Shown here one piece after another: positions 1-12,469 of a stretch of DNA of 64,000 bases. Each line of letters opens with the position of its first letter. The stretch's first letter is position 1. Source of the stretch: Callorhinchus milii (lineage: Eukaryota); assembly GCF_018977255.1 (NCBI RefSeq), contig NW_024704766.1, positions 3,100,001 to 3,164,000 on the forward strand, in the 5' to 3' direction. The translations under genes were made by a program, and so were the position numbers. Below the pieces are notes generated by a model that saw only the letters and a list, made by a program, of their open reading frames with translations, ran no database searches and was not told the DNA's origin.

Positions 1-206
1 GATAATTATTTGGTCTACTTTGCGTAATCTCGTTTTCCAAGATAAATGCGTAAATCCACAAAACCGAGGAGGCCCGAGATTAAGTGTGGATTGAAAAGAA
101 TTTGACACATTTCTGTTCTTTTCGTGGTTGCCAGTTCTTCGGGTCAGACAGTAGCCACATATGTCTTAATGTGTCAGCAGCTTCTACTGCACGCGACCGC
201 AGACGA

Positions 207-392
207 TAATAAGCATAACAATGATAATTCTTGCATTTGACACAGAGCCTCATCACGCCTTCGAGACGCCTCAAAGCGCTTCACGGAATATACTGCAAAG
301 TGCAGCGATTGTATATTTTGTGGGCAAACCACGGCAGCCAATCGCGCACAGCACAGCGTCCCGCAAACAGTCGCGGATTGAGCGACCGAACC
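207..392 (-). mobile_element. 5'-truncated type A SINE (Deu 3' part + L2-like tail)
   Basis: Reverse complement matches the window's recurrent 3' consensus ...ctgtttgtgggacgctgctgtgtgcaattggctgcc...tgtgaagcgctttgagacgtctcgaagacgtgataaggcgctatatcaaatgcaagg(att)n. Confidence 0.85.
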
Positions 393-1829
393 GTTAGAAT
401 TTTTACAATCCATTTTGCGTTGCAGTTGCGCGAGGCAGACTTCACACTAATTTAAAACTTTGCTGTCTTTTTTTTTCCCCCGTTGTCAGTTTGCCACATT
501 ATTTTTCACTGAAATTATTCATTCTGTCTTACCTTTCTCTCCATGGCTCGTTAAGGGTTGCCTCTGTCTGACGCTCGTACTTTATTCCAGAACTTGCGAG
601 AATGCATCTTACATGACTAGACTCAAGCAATAACAACCCATAATGGTAAACAGGTTTTCAGCTCATAATTGATAGCAATAAAAGTTTATTCCCCTTAACC
701 AATAAATAATGATATTCTTTGCATTTCATACTGCACTATTGTAGTATACCAATACAAATCAGAATGCTTCTTTTACTTTGTGATTTGTGTAGAATATAGG
801 AATCCTGACATTTGCTACGGCCACTTATCACCACTCCGAGATGTCTCAAAACGCTTTACTGGATTCTACAGTGAAGTACAATAAGAGTATTTTGTAGGAA
901 AACCATTTTGCGCTCAGCAATGTCCCACAATCAGCCAAGAAGTGAATGAGCATTTTCACCCATGAAAAATGCGATTACTCAAAGGGTTACTTGCAGTAAC
1001 TTAAAAATATTGGGGTTTGATATGACTTTGATTATTTGGTAGATGTAACATTATAAGAACTTATGAAGACACAGATCAAGAAATGGCCATTCGTCTTATA
1101 GGCACTGATCTTTTCACAGAAAGTTCTGTGTATACGCTCACTGATTCCGTACGTGATCAGTGGAAAATTAGCAAATGTACATCTCCATTAGTAACCTTGG
1201 CTTCCTTCCATCCACAACATCCCCCATCACATTGATACCTCCTCCCAACACGAAAGGCCAAATTAAAAAAGATTATTATTATTAGAAAGCAAACAATAAG
1301 ATTCACAGTTATCTTAAAGATTCAAGGTACATTTGAATGCCCATTTTTGGCAAGTAAATAAGATAGAATTGCTGATGTCTAAAGCAAAACCGGGATCTTG
1401 TGAAAGAAATCCATTGGTTTTAATGATTCCTTCCACTGTTCCACTCAGCAAAGACAGAACCTAGTCTCGACTGATAGAATCTAATGCAGCAGTATTATTC
1501 ACTTCATCGAACTATTGCAAACCTATCGCGTCTGATTTATGGGAGCACCTTGAAAATAATGTGTAACATTCTCCACTAACAACATATTGAATGTGCTTAA
1601 TGTTTATTTTGAATTTTCAAGGTTGGAAAACATTTTGTAGAGAAATAAGCTGTCCACCACATCGACTGTTATAAAGCCACATTTTAACCACTGACGAATT
1701 GCAGAAATCTATTTATTCCGAATGTGTTGCACTTATATTTTAAAAGGACAGTGCTAGTTTAAAAATCCAGGCTCCTGTTTATACTCCATTCAGACACTGT
1801 GATTTGAATGTTATTATTGCCACATTATC

Positions 1830-2030
1830 TGCATCTCTGGAACTCCATCCCACAGTCCCTCCGCCTCGCGCCCCCTCCCTTGCCTCCTTCAAGACCCAGC
1901 TCAAGACCCTCCTCTTCTCCAGTGCCTTCGGTCACCCTCCCTACCCTTACCCTCTTCGCCCTCCACCCTTCCTGATCCCAACCACCAGCTCGAGTGCGGA
2001 TCCCTGACTGTCCAGCGCCTTGGGACGTTG
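1830..2030 (+). mobile_element. L2 LINE 3' end
   Basis: Encodes the L2 ORF2 C-terminal motif LWNSIP...SLASFKTQLKTLLFSSAFG, followed by a C-rich 3' UTR and ccagcgccttgggacgt. The same sequence recurs at 7.1, 26.1, 40.2, 48.0, 59.5 and 62.1 kb. Confidence 0.85.
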
Positions 2031-2789
2031 CATGTTTGACTACCCGGCAAGAATTACGTGCTCCCAGGAAAACACGAGCAGAGTAGATTCCAGCGAGGAT
2101 TGGCTCCTTTCACATTTAATTTGATTAAATGGGAGCTCAATGAATATCTATCAAACTCTCAAAGGGCTTCAAACATCAAAGCAGCTGAAGGGAATAAGTA
2201 TGGCTGCGGATGATGACATACTTTGGAGTAACTGAAGTTTTCACTTCTTGGCATCTTTACCTGTTTTTCATCTCTTTCTCAAGAGATTAAGGGGTTGAAA
2301 TTGCATGACAGTTTCTCGTGCTGCTGGAAAACCTGTAACTATTTAATGGTGGGACAATGCATTCTGTGAGTGTTGGTCCCTGGAAGGTTCCAAAAGTTAC
2401 ACTGCATTGTAATAAATCAAACAGCGTTGTCTGGAGTCTGGATCCTGACTAACAAGTACAATGAGGTGTTAATCTCACACTGCACAGCTCTCTCTCTCTT
2501 GTGTATATGCTCTCATTTCAGCATAAAACAGCACCGTAAAAATGTTCGTCAAACCAGTAGGAGGTGGTTGAGGGAGGTCAAGGAGATTGAGAGCCAGTAC
2601 AGGGCATTAGGTAAAATATCTTGGACTACCAGACCTTCGCAGACTATAAGACCCCTCACCTCGTCATTCAGGGCAGTGGGTAACTTACCTGGTGGGAACC
2701 TCTGTAAGATACCTGTCACACAGGTGAAATGAATATCTGAACAGCTGTCAACAAGTGTAGAAGTAAGAGCAATGCAACACTGTGTGGTT

Positions 2790-2930
2790 CCAGAATGGAC
2801 CACAAAATACCCAGTCACTACACTTTACGGTGTATCCTGTGAAGCGTGTTGAGACGTCTCGAAGATGCGATAAGGCGCTGTATCAAATGCAGGGATTATT
2901 ATTTTTATTTTATTATCATTATCATAATGC
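2790..2930 (+). mobile_element. SINE 3' tail fragment
   Basis: cacaaaatacccagtcactacactttacggtgtatcctgtgaagcg...gataaggcgctgtatcaaatgcaggg(att)n matches the shared SINE tail. Confidence 0.8.
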
Positions 2931-3872
2931 TGAAATGAATGAGTCTGTTTGCTTCTCACACAAAGATTCTTGGAGAATAGGAAGTTCAGGGGATCTGTGG
3001 AGAATCGTGTGTTGACCGTTCATTGACTCGCCAATTATTATTATTATCTGCTGCCATTAGGTCAATAAAGTTGACTTGTCGGTTCACTAACTATGCCTGA
3101 TATTGACTGCTTCTCCCCCGATACTCCTTGCTAGCTCCAATTATTTTAACTCTGAGACACATGTTACTATTTGAGACAACATCTTCATATTGATTGAAAA
3201 CCTTCAGTAATCACACCCAAGTATTTAAACTTAAATTAAAGTGCTGTTCTCTGCGCTCAGGTCTGTTCTGCTACAGGTCTTCTCTCTTTTTCATTGATTC
3301 CTTTTATCATTTCTTCCCGGGCTGATTTGGAAAGGCAAAACGGTTCTCTTATTAAACTTGCTCATAAATAATCTGTCAACATTATTCTGGATCCATCAGA
3401 TCACAATAGCTTTTCAGTCTTTCTCCAACATCAATGCAGCACTCTTAACTGCCTTGATATTGCTTCTGTTTTTATCAAGAGCAAATAACAATGAGAGAGG
3501 TTGGAATTTACTCTTAGGTTCTGATTGTCGCTTCAAACAACGGTTTTGTTACTTCATCTGAACTCTTGACTAAATCACGGACTTGTTATTCAGTGCAAAC
3601 AATTCTCAAGTCCAGATTTAATTCTCATTCAATTTTCTTTTCAACTGCGTGCGTTACTTTCAAGTTTATAAATTAAATTGCTCACATGAAGATACCACAA
3701 ACTGAGTGTTTTGTATAATAGATCCAGTGCCCAGCATGTAGTTACATTTATTGATGAAATCAAGTTGGCAGAGGTTGGTGGGGGGGGTTGAAGAATTGTG
3801 AAATCAAAGCAGAGATCTTCCAAACACAACTCGGTGAGGTCTGTATTTGGTCTGATCACTGGCAACTTTACT

Positions 3873-4060
3873 TCAACAACAACAGCCACGACCACTTGCA
3901 TTTTTGCAGGGTAGCGTCCCAGAGCGCTTCACAGTGACGGAGCATTTACGGCGAGCCGGGGGGAGGTGACATAGGTACGGTCGAAGAGGAAGGTCTTCAG
4001 AGTGTTCCAGAGTTTGGGGGGTGTAGTGGCTGCAAGAGCGGCTACCAATGGTGCACGATA
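3873..4060 (-). mobile_element. L2-type LINE 3' end, second subfamily
   Basis: The minus strand has ctctggaacactctgaagaccttcctcttcgaccgt (LWN..LKTFLFDR) and a (gtt)n tail. Similar copies lie at 14.2, 23.1 and 38.2 kb. Confidence 0.7.
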
Positions 4061-4103
4061 CTACTACATATTGGAATAGGAGCATGTGCTCTCTTGTGGA
4101 TAA

Positions 4104-4630
4104 GTGCCAGCCTGCCTCAGTTCTCAGCACCTCCTGCTTCTGAGTCAAAAGATTCTGAGGGTTCAACCCCCACTTCAAGACTTGCACTCGCTCAGTCTAG
4201 TGCAACACTCCATTGCAATGTTGGGTTAGTGCTATAGTGTTGGAAGTGCCATCATTCAGATGAGATGATATAATAATAATCCTTGCAGGTGATACAGCTC
4301 TTTTCACATCTTCCAGACGTCTCAAAGCGCTTCACGGAATATACTGTAAAGTGAATTGACTGTATATTTGTTGGCAAAATGTTACACTGAAATGGACATT
4401 GAAGATCCCACTGGCACGGCTCGAAAAGAGAATGGAGCTTCTCTCGGTGTCCTTGCCAACAATCCCCCCATATAAAATTGGTCAATCCCTTCACGGCCAT
4501 TGCGGGGACATTGCTGTGTGCAAGTTGGTCTCTGTGTTTGCCTGCAAGTACAGTCACTGCTGCAGTGAAAATTATTTGAGGCATCTTGATGGTGTGATAA
4601 AATGCTGCATTAATTGCAAGGAGGATTCTT
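4104..4630 (+). mobile_element. Type B tRNA-headed Deu-SINE, interrupted by a nested SINE
   Basis: Head gccagcctgcctcagtt...ctgagtcaaaagattctgagggttcaacccc, Deu body aagatccc..ggcac...gtgtccttgccaacaatcccc, and tail. It is split at about 4268-4383 by an opposite-strand insert. Confidence 0.8.
4268..4383 (-). mobile_element. Truncated type A SINE tail nested in a type B SINE
   Basis: (aat)n ccttgca...gacgtctcaaagcgcttcacggaatatactgtaaagtgaattgactgtata is the reverse complement of the tail. Confidence 0.8.
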
Positions 4631-6571
4631 CTGATTACAGAATAGGATGTGACAAAACGCGAACAAAAAGTCCTTGAGGTGTTAGTTAATTTCTTATACG
4701 CCATGTCCAAACACAAAATGAAACACAATTTAATGAGCATGGCGATATGGTTAGCACTGCATCAGGAAAAGAGATATACTGTAATCCGTGATCATGCATC
4801 TGGTTAATTACTCTCCTTTTGTTTACAACCTGTCAGCATCTGACCAGCAGAATTATTGTCTTGCGCAGTGCAAGCAAAACTAAGATTCTCAGGGAGAGCT
4901 CCACTGAGACTGAGGCATGGTTGCAAGCTGAGTCAGTGACATACTGAAAGGAAGCTTTTAATGTGGAGGAACGAGCCTTACTTGGAATTGATTTTAATAC
5001 CTCGGCAAAGTCGCTTCAGGACTCTTGAGCTAAAGATAGCAGCACCCATGGTGGCTGTGGGTGATTGCATGCGACAGCTTATATTACTTCACAAGGCATT
5101 CAGTGTTCAATTTTCATGGGTATGGTTGTTGTGGAAACCTCGGGCGAAATAATCCTTAGATTCCAAAGCAGGAAAGAGGAAAGTCCTTAAGGTGACAGAG
5201 GGTGGAGGAGACAGGTCTAACCGATGACTTCCTGCATTGAAACCATGGTTTATGTCACCTCCACATGGAGCAATATCAATAGCCGTGGTGTAAAGTCCAC
5301 AACCCTGAACATTGGCTGTAATAGATCGAATGCAGCAAATAGCTCCTGAGACGAGATAAAGATGAAAAATTGGTGATAAATAAAGTTTTAAATGATCGAA
5401 TGCTGAACACTTTTCATTAAATCCTATGACTAAAGGTGTAGTGTTTCAATTTCCGTGTTGTCTGAAGGGATCTTGTCACAGTTGATGATTGTATGTCGGA
5501 TGAAATATTAGACTTTGCTGTTTATCCCCTTGAGAAGCAAAGAGCGTGTTCACTTTCCAAGCAAGATATTCCTTCCGTCGCATGGACCCGAGCTGTAAAG
5601 GACATTTTGGAATGAAAGCTCCGACGATCATAAAAATTATAACCCGTAAAGAAGAGCGAGCCATAAACACGTTTAAAATATGAGCGCGGTTCATTCCTGC
5701 GCAGGTTTATGGTGAGCAGTTTACAAGTAACATGCACCGCTGCTGGGACTAATGGAACTAATAATCACAGTCCATATTATCAGTGTTATCAGTGTTCACA
5801 TCAATCCAAATAGAACGGCCAATGGTGTCTAATTGTGCCCAGAAAATACTCATGTGAAAAAGCTATTAAAGAAGACATGAAAATAGACGTGCTGGCACAC
5901 CGACAATTTAATGGCCATTCTATTAACGGCAAGATTCATTTTAAGAGGAGCATGTGTTGCCAGAGTGCTTGAGGTCCTATAAAAATGATTGGCATGGCAA
6001 CCGGTTTGACTAAGTTTGTTGTGTGACTGGCATTGGAATTTTGGTCAGCTGCAACTGCTTCATTGCTGACTGACCCGACTTTAAACACCGGCATGTAATT
6101 TAACACGTTCTTTAACCCTTGCTTGCTCTTCAGCTCTTGTTAATTATTGCTGTGCTCAACTTCCAGCCAACTGGGATTGCATGGGGATTTTTTTTTCTAC
6201 GCAACTTGCTGCTGTTGCAGCCCCATAGGCTCAGTCCCGAACACCTTGATAGGCTACGTGTCTATCCTCCATTAACCCACTAATGTTTTAAGATGATTTT
6301 AATTAATTCCGTTCTCGGGCACAACGTTGCCACTCAGAATTTATTTCAAAAAATTCGGGGCTCACAAAATGAATTCTATTTCATTCTATTACGGTAATTC
6401 TATTACGGTTCCTCTGTAATCAATAAGGGAGCCAGAGGAAGAAATAGGAATACCAAACTTCTCGTGAACATTCTGAGGTGCGAACAGACAACTTGGTGGT
6501 ACTGTATTTCGTAGTGTTGTGGTGTATTGAGTCCTTTAGATCAGGTCATCCCTCTTAAGGGAGGACTGTTA

Positions 6572-6760
6572 AACAATAATAATAGTCCTTGGATTCAATA
6601 TAGCACCTCATCATGTCTTTGAGACGTCTCAAAGCGCTTCACAGAATATGCTGTGAAGTGAATTGACTATTATTTTGTGGGTGAAACGCGGCTTCCAATT
6701 GCGCACAGCAGCGTCCCCACAAATGTTAGGATTAGGATTGAGTGATCAAATTATTATTTT
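6572..6760 (-). mobile_element. 5'-truncated type A SINE
   Basis: Reverse complement of tail plus Deu 3' part (gcgcacagcagcgtccccacaaa...ggattgagtgatcaa). Confidence 0.85.
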
Positions 6761-7102
6761 TTTTAAAATTGATTTTTGTTTGTTTTTAGAGATATTTGGG
6801 ATATCAAGCGAACAGCAGGTGAAAATGCCCCATAAACGTATTTGGGAAGGTTTTGGTGCGTGTGCACTGTTTGTGGCCGTGTTCTGGACTGGAGCCCATT
6901 ATGAACTAGGTTGAGACTGCCACAAGCTCATGTTTACTCAGCTCTCTTAATGGGCATTGTATCTGTGCACTCCAGATGTCTTCAACTGTAAAACAATCAA
7001 GAAAAGTAGAGGATGATGCAATGCAATTCAATTTATACTCATGTCGTGCTTTTCATATGGGGAGGACTTCTCAATGTGTTTCAGGAATTTACTGTAAAGT
7101 GT

Positions 7103-7592
7103 AATAACAACAACAACAGAATTACATTACGTCGGGAGAACGTCCCAAGGCGCTGGACAGTCAGTGGCCGGGACCCGAGCATGGGGTAGCGGTGAGGAAA
7201 AGCAGAGAGGTGGGAGGGCGACGATCGAAGAGAAGGGTCTTGAGACTGGCCTTGAAGGAGGCAAGGGAGGAAGCGAGGCGAAGGGACTGTTGGGATGGAG
7301 TTCCAGAGGATGGGAGCAGAGAGGCTGAAAGCCCGACCACTATGATGGTAGGGCGGGTCGAGCGGGAGACATGGAGCAGTCTGGAGCCTGATGAACGGAG
7401 GGAGCGGGCAGGTTGGTAGGGAGTCAGCAGGTCAGAGAGGTAGGAGGGGGCAAAGCCATGAAGGGCCTTGCAAGTGAGGACAAGGATCTTGAATTCGATC
7501 CTCTGAGGGATGGGGAGCCAGTAGAGTTGGGCGAGGGTGGGAGTGATGGGGTGATGGAGCCTGGTGCGCGAGAGTACACGAGCTGCAGAGTT
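7103..7592 (-). mobile_element. L2 LINE 3' fragment (ORF2 C-terminus + 3' UTR)
   Basis: My minus-strand translation NSAARVLSRTRLHHPITPTLAQLYWLPIPQRIEFKILVLTCKALHGFAPSYLSDLLTPYQPARSLRSS is the classic L2-clade ORF2 C-terminal signature. It ends in (gtt)n. Confidence 0.92.
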
Positions 7593-10254
7593 AATAATAA
7601 TAATCCAATTTAAATTCAGTTTGGGCTTTCATTTGAGCATGCATTTCTTTCATGGGGATAATGCAGGAGAAATGTTGATAAAATGCTATTTTAAACTATT
7701 AAATCTAAACATTTCCCCCTGAATCGTAATCCCAAGGGAGCAGTTTGACTTGTTTTGTTGCCTGGAGAGAACTGGTCACAGTTGATGTTTGCGAGTCGTG
7801 GATGAAATATTAAACTTTGCCTGTTCGTTCCCCTTGAGAACTGAAGCGATTTTAGATCGTAAGAACCGTTTACTTTCTATTACACGTACACTGTATGAAA
7901 AAAAGATATCAGGAAGAAAATATTGTTGGCCACGATGAGATCGAACTGTAAAGATTATTACAGCACAGGTTTATTTATGGTCAGTGGTTTATATAAGCTC
8001 CACTGCAGGAAATCACAGACATTAATAAGATACCAAGTAGTGCTCTTGTCTCTGAAAATGTTCCTGAGGAGAAATAATCATTTAACTTAATGAACAAAGT
8101 ATATACATTTATCTACACAGTTAATTCACTTTACAGTATATTCTACGAAGCGCTTTGAGACGTCTCGAAGACGCAAAGAGGCGCTGTATCAAATGCAGAG
8201 GATTATTATTTCTTTGCCATCCTCTCTTCCCGGGTATCGGGACATGAATACGTGTCACGTGATAATTGTCACAAGTTGGGGTAAATGGACAGTTTAGGTG
8301 TCGTAACTGGTTCTATGGACTGATTCTATGTAATTCTATGCAGAGGGGATCAGCCTGGAATGAAATTAGATGAGGGATCAATTAACATCGGAAGCAGAAG
8401 CAGGTTTGGTTTCAGCATTCTGGTCGATCGGAGATTAGGGGACGTAATGTGAGAAATGTGCAGATGGAGCGAACAGAGCTGTAAATACTAATACAAGTCA
8501 CACTTAACTGCTCCGTGATCTGCGGGAACTTCGAGATTTAAGTCGCTTCGTGTTACTTCTACGTCTGGATTTATTTAACGGGAAAATTAAAAACTCCTTG
8601 AATTCAAGGCTGCAATCGAGATAAAACCACTGGTCAGAATTGATTTCAACGCACGGCAATCACACTTATATTAAAGCGTTACTTTTCTGATAACTGATGG
8701 TGAGGTGCGTTGGAAGTAAATGAGGTATGGAAAGCGTAGTTGAATAAATTCTGGAATTATACCCCCCCTCCCCTCTTTCCCCCCACCCACCCCCGCCACA
8801 AAAATCTATCAAATAATGTTTTTAGGTAGCAATTTCAACCTGGGTTAAATGGATGAATTAATGGCACGGGGTTGTCGGTGTGTCTGTAACAGAATGCAAG
8901 CAAGACTTTGGGTAGTGTTTAATAAAAAAAACAATTTGATAAGCAATACCTGTCTCTGTTGCAAAGGTTTTCCCGATAAGAAGTGTCTATGTACAAAACA
9001 GAGTACAGAATAGAGATTGATGATATCACCAAATACACCATTGATCTCTGTTGTGAGTCCACATATCTTTATATAATATGATTGAAAATAAAATGGATAC
9101 TTTACACTTTCTTGCCTTGATTTTGGATATGAAGGAGATTATGCTATCCATTATTCACTCTTCACGGTGTTGTAACCACAAAAACTATTGGTACAATGCA
9201 TTGTCCATGTTAATGTCTTTGAATTTGAATTCAATTATACAATATGCTGTTATCAAGCTCAGCTGAATGTCATACAAATCAGAGGCATGGAACAAGGTAG
9301 AAAGCAATGACATTAAAATTATTCGATGAAAATGGAAAATAAAACATCCACGATGGTTCAGTGTGTCCTTGTTCGCAATAATGGAAACACCTCAGCTTTA
9401 TCACACATTACTTTGAAGTTCACCCACAAAATGCACAGTCACTAACACTTGACAGTAATTCCTTTGAAGCCTTTTCGAGCCATCCTCCTGACACGAAAAG
9501 TCCTACAGTGTTACCGTTCTTCACTTAAAAAGTTACTGCTAATTTTAAGTTAAGGAGAGAGTTTCTTCCAGTGTCCTGGCCGACAATCTCCCATTTACAG
9601 CATTGGTCATTCACTTCATACCAGTCTGTGTGACATTGCTTTGCGCAAATACGTAGTCACTGTGTTTTCTGGTAAAATACTGTGAAATACTGTGAGACAC
9701 TTTGACAATGTGATAAGGGCATTGTACCAAATGCAAAGATTATTATTATTATAATAACCGATGGCCTCGTTGCACACGGTTGTGGTTGTCTTGTTGCAAT
9801 TTCTGGGAATTACTGAACACATTTTCGCAATGGCTTATATGCGAAGGGTTCTATTTTCTTTTGAAATGCTGAAAGCGTAAAACATGTAATTTGGGGGAGA
9901 AAATATAACACGGCTGTGCAAATCTGTATTATACATTCACTCGGTAAATGAATGAATGGGCCATTCTTACTGGTGAAAAGCTGATGCTTTCTTCCACTCA
10001 GGAAAGGTTTAATTGAAGATGATTAGATTAAGTGCAGCTCTTTGCATTGGTCTACCTGAACACCTCACATTCAGTATGGCAGGTATCAATGGCCAAGGAC
10101 TGTGTTTGTGCTTTACTTCAATGCAAAAAAAAATCCAAGTAGGATCTAGCTTCCAATTCCCAATAACCATAATTGTGACCCTTTATTCTTCTGCAATCGT
10201 AATGCTTTTTATGGCAAATCATATGCAACAATTACAGGTATCACAACCATGTAT

Positions 10255-10592
10255 GTATATATATAAAATATATAATCCTTATCACAATGCTTCAATGAAA
10301 TGACTCAAAGCACTCAAGAAAGCTTGTAACATGGGAAATTAATGATATTTGCTGTCTAGTGTAATAGCCGTGAGTTTGTGGGCAAACACTGAAGTCAATT
10401 TGCATGCAATGAGCTACACACAGCCATGAAGTGAATAACCAATTTAACTGGAGGATTGTTGGACACGGGAAAAAATTCCTTCTTTTCTCAAATAGTGCTG
10501 TGAGATCTTTAACATCCCGCGAACAGACACAGACGGGACTTCAGTTTAACATCTCATCTGATAATGCAGCGCTGCCTTAACCGCACTGGATT
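10255..10592 (-). mobile_element. Degenerate type B Deu-SINE
   Basis: Reverse complement of the Deu body (tcaaatagtgctgtgagatctttaacatcc...gacgggacttcagtttaacatctcatctga) and a decayed tail. Confidence 0.75.
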
Positions 10593-10599
10593 GAATACC

Positions 10600-10746
10600 T
10601 TAATAATAATAATAATAATTCTTGCATTTGATGTAGCACCTTATCACATCTCCTAGGCATCTCAAAGTGCTTCACAGAATATACCGTAAGGTGAATTGAC
10701 TGTATGTGTTTTGTGGGTGAAACATACAGTCAATTCACTTTACAGT
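10600..10746 (-). mobile_element. Truncated type A SINE tail with fold-back end
   Basis: (taa)n plus reverse-complement tail, ending in a 17-bp perfect inverted repeat (10691-10707 / 10722-10738). Confidence 0.8.
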
Positions 10747-11724
10747 TAATTGTCACAAAGCTTAGAAGTTACAAGGGTCCCAGATCAAACAAAACCTCAG
10801 GAACCCTGGTGGGAATTAGGCAGGCGTTTATTTTTATTTCTGTATTAATTCCTAAAGGATCGCACCAAGGAAACTGAACAATTTGGGCATAATTGTTGCG
10901 CATTTGCAATAAATAAAATATCACGGAATAGATTGAAAACCCAAACAACCACTTTTTTTTTCTGTTAGAAGTTATTATCCTATTTCTCGGTGAGATGAAA
11001 ATTGTCAGACGACCCAAGATTCTGCAATGGGATTCCCTCAGCGGGATTTAGATTGAAGCAATAAAGGCAATAGGTTTTACTTTTCGTACATAAAGTTTCA
11101 AACACTGTATACAGTAAATATCTATCATGGGAATACTGGACTGTGTTTCTTACCATCAGTTACTCATCTTTGTATCCAATGTTACTCCCAAAGGCATTCG
11201 GAAGCAGCTGCTTAAATAAGGTTCTTCGAAAGTCTCTTGTAACATAATGAAAGCACCATTTTATGAAGCAAAACTGAATTTAGAAGCGACTGAGAAAATA
11301 GTTGAAGTAAATGTCCTCCCAGTCAGAAATTGGTGTTTTACAGAGCAATTTACAGAAGCTTCCACATGCGGTTTTGACACCACGAACAAACAAACTCCAT
11401 TATTGTGGGGTGTTTGTAGCAGGTTTGTATTTCGTACTCCTATCTCTGATTTTATTGAGCGGGCATTGCTATGGTAACCCACTCCGACCTGAGCTGTTTT
11501 CAGTTTCTGACCGGCCGGCTCAATGGCAAGCTGATGCTTCTCCTCTGGGGTCAGTGGGTGGGGATGGGGGTGGGGAGAAGGGAAGGGGAGAGGCAAATGC
11601 AAGCAACACGATGAGCCGTTGTCATGTTCTGATCACAAAGTGTTTGCAGATCTGAGAACACTCGCCACAAGGTTTACTCAGGTCTGGATATGCTTTGTCA
11701 ACGGGGTCTTGGATTAATACCGCG

Positions 11725-12125
11725 AAGCTTTGAGTTTCGCCCACAAAATACGCAGTCAATTCATTTTACAGTATATCCTGCGAAGCGCTTTGATATAACG
11801 TTATAAGGCGCGATATCAAATGCAAGGATTATTATGATTATTATTATTAAGCTGCTGTTTTGAATCAGCTTGGCTCAGTTGGCCTGAGTCACAAGGTTGT
11901 GGGCTCAAGCCCCATGTCAGAACTTTAAGATAACGGTCAAGGTTAGGACTGTGCTGGGGGTGCATGACATTGTGTTTCGGAAGAGATGTTAAATTTGCTC
12001 TGCGCCGAACGGCTGCTATATTCATCTACAAAATATACAGTCCATAGAGTTTACAGTAAAACCCGCTGAAGTGTTTTGAGTCGTCTCGATATTATTATAG
12101 GTTGCAATCAAATCTAAGTTTCCTT
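11725..12125 (+). mobile_element. Tandem SINE fragments (type A tail, then an internally deleted type B copy)
   Basis: Tail at 11725-11850; head tcagcttggctcagttggcctgagtcacaaggttgtgggctcaagcccc at about 11865; decayed tail to about 12120. Confidence 0.7.
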
Positions 12126-12469
12126 CCTTCGTAAAAATCAATATAGCATCTTTAATTACCATCATTCATTTAAATATAAATTATTCAATCATATTATTGG
12201 ACCATTTTATTATCTGAGTACCCAGTATTGATCTGGAGACAGCTTGATTTAGTGTTGTATGAAATCTAAGCCATGAAAAAACTGAAGCGGGTTTTTTAAC
12301 ATGTTGTTGATTCATACAACAGCTCCCGTCTCCCTGTGGGAGCATTTGTTTTCCTTGGGCATATTTCTGTCTTGCAGAATGTGTATGGAACAGTTGCCAA
12401 CTTTAAAATGGATTTCTCTCAAACTGAAGGATCCTTTTTAATCTCTATTCAGAACAAAGGCAGTTGCGT

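Noticed and set aside
80-200. [11 protein letters not shown] resembling a kinase C-terminal LxHPW motif
   Set aside because: The match is short, the ORF starts inside a SINE tail, and there is no compatible upstream kinase exon.
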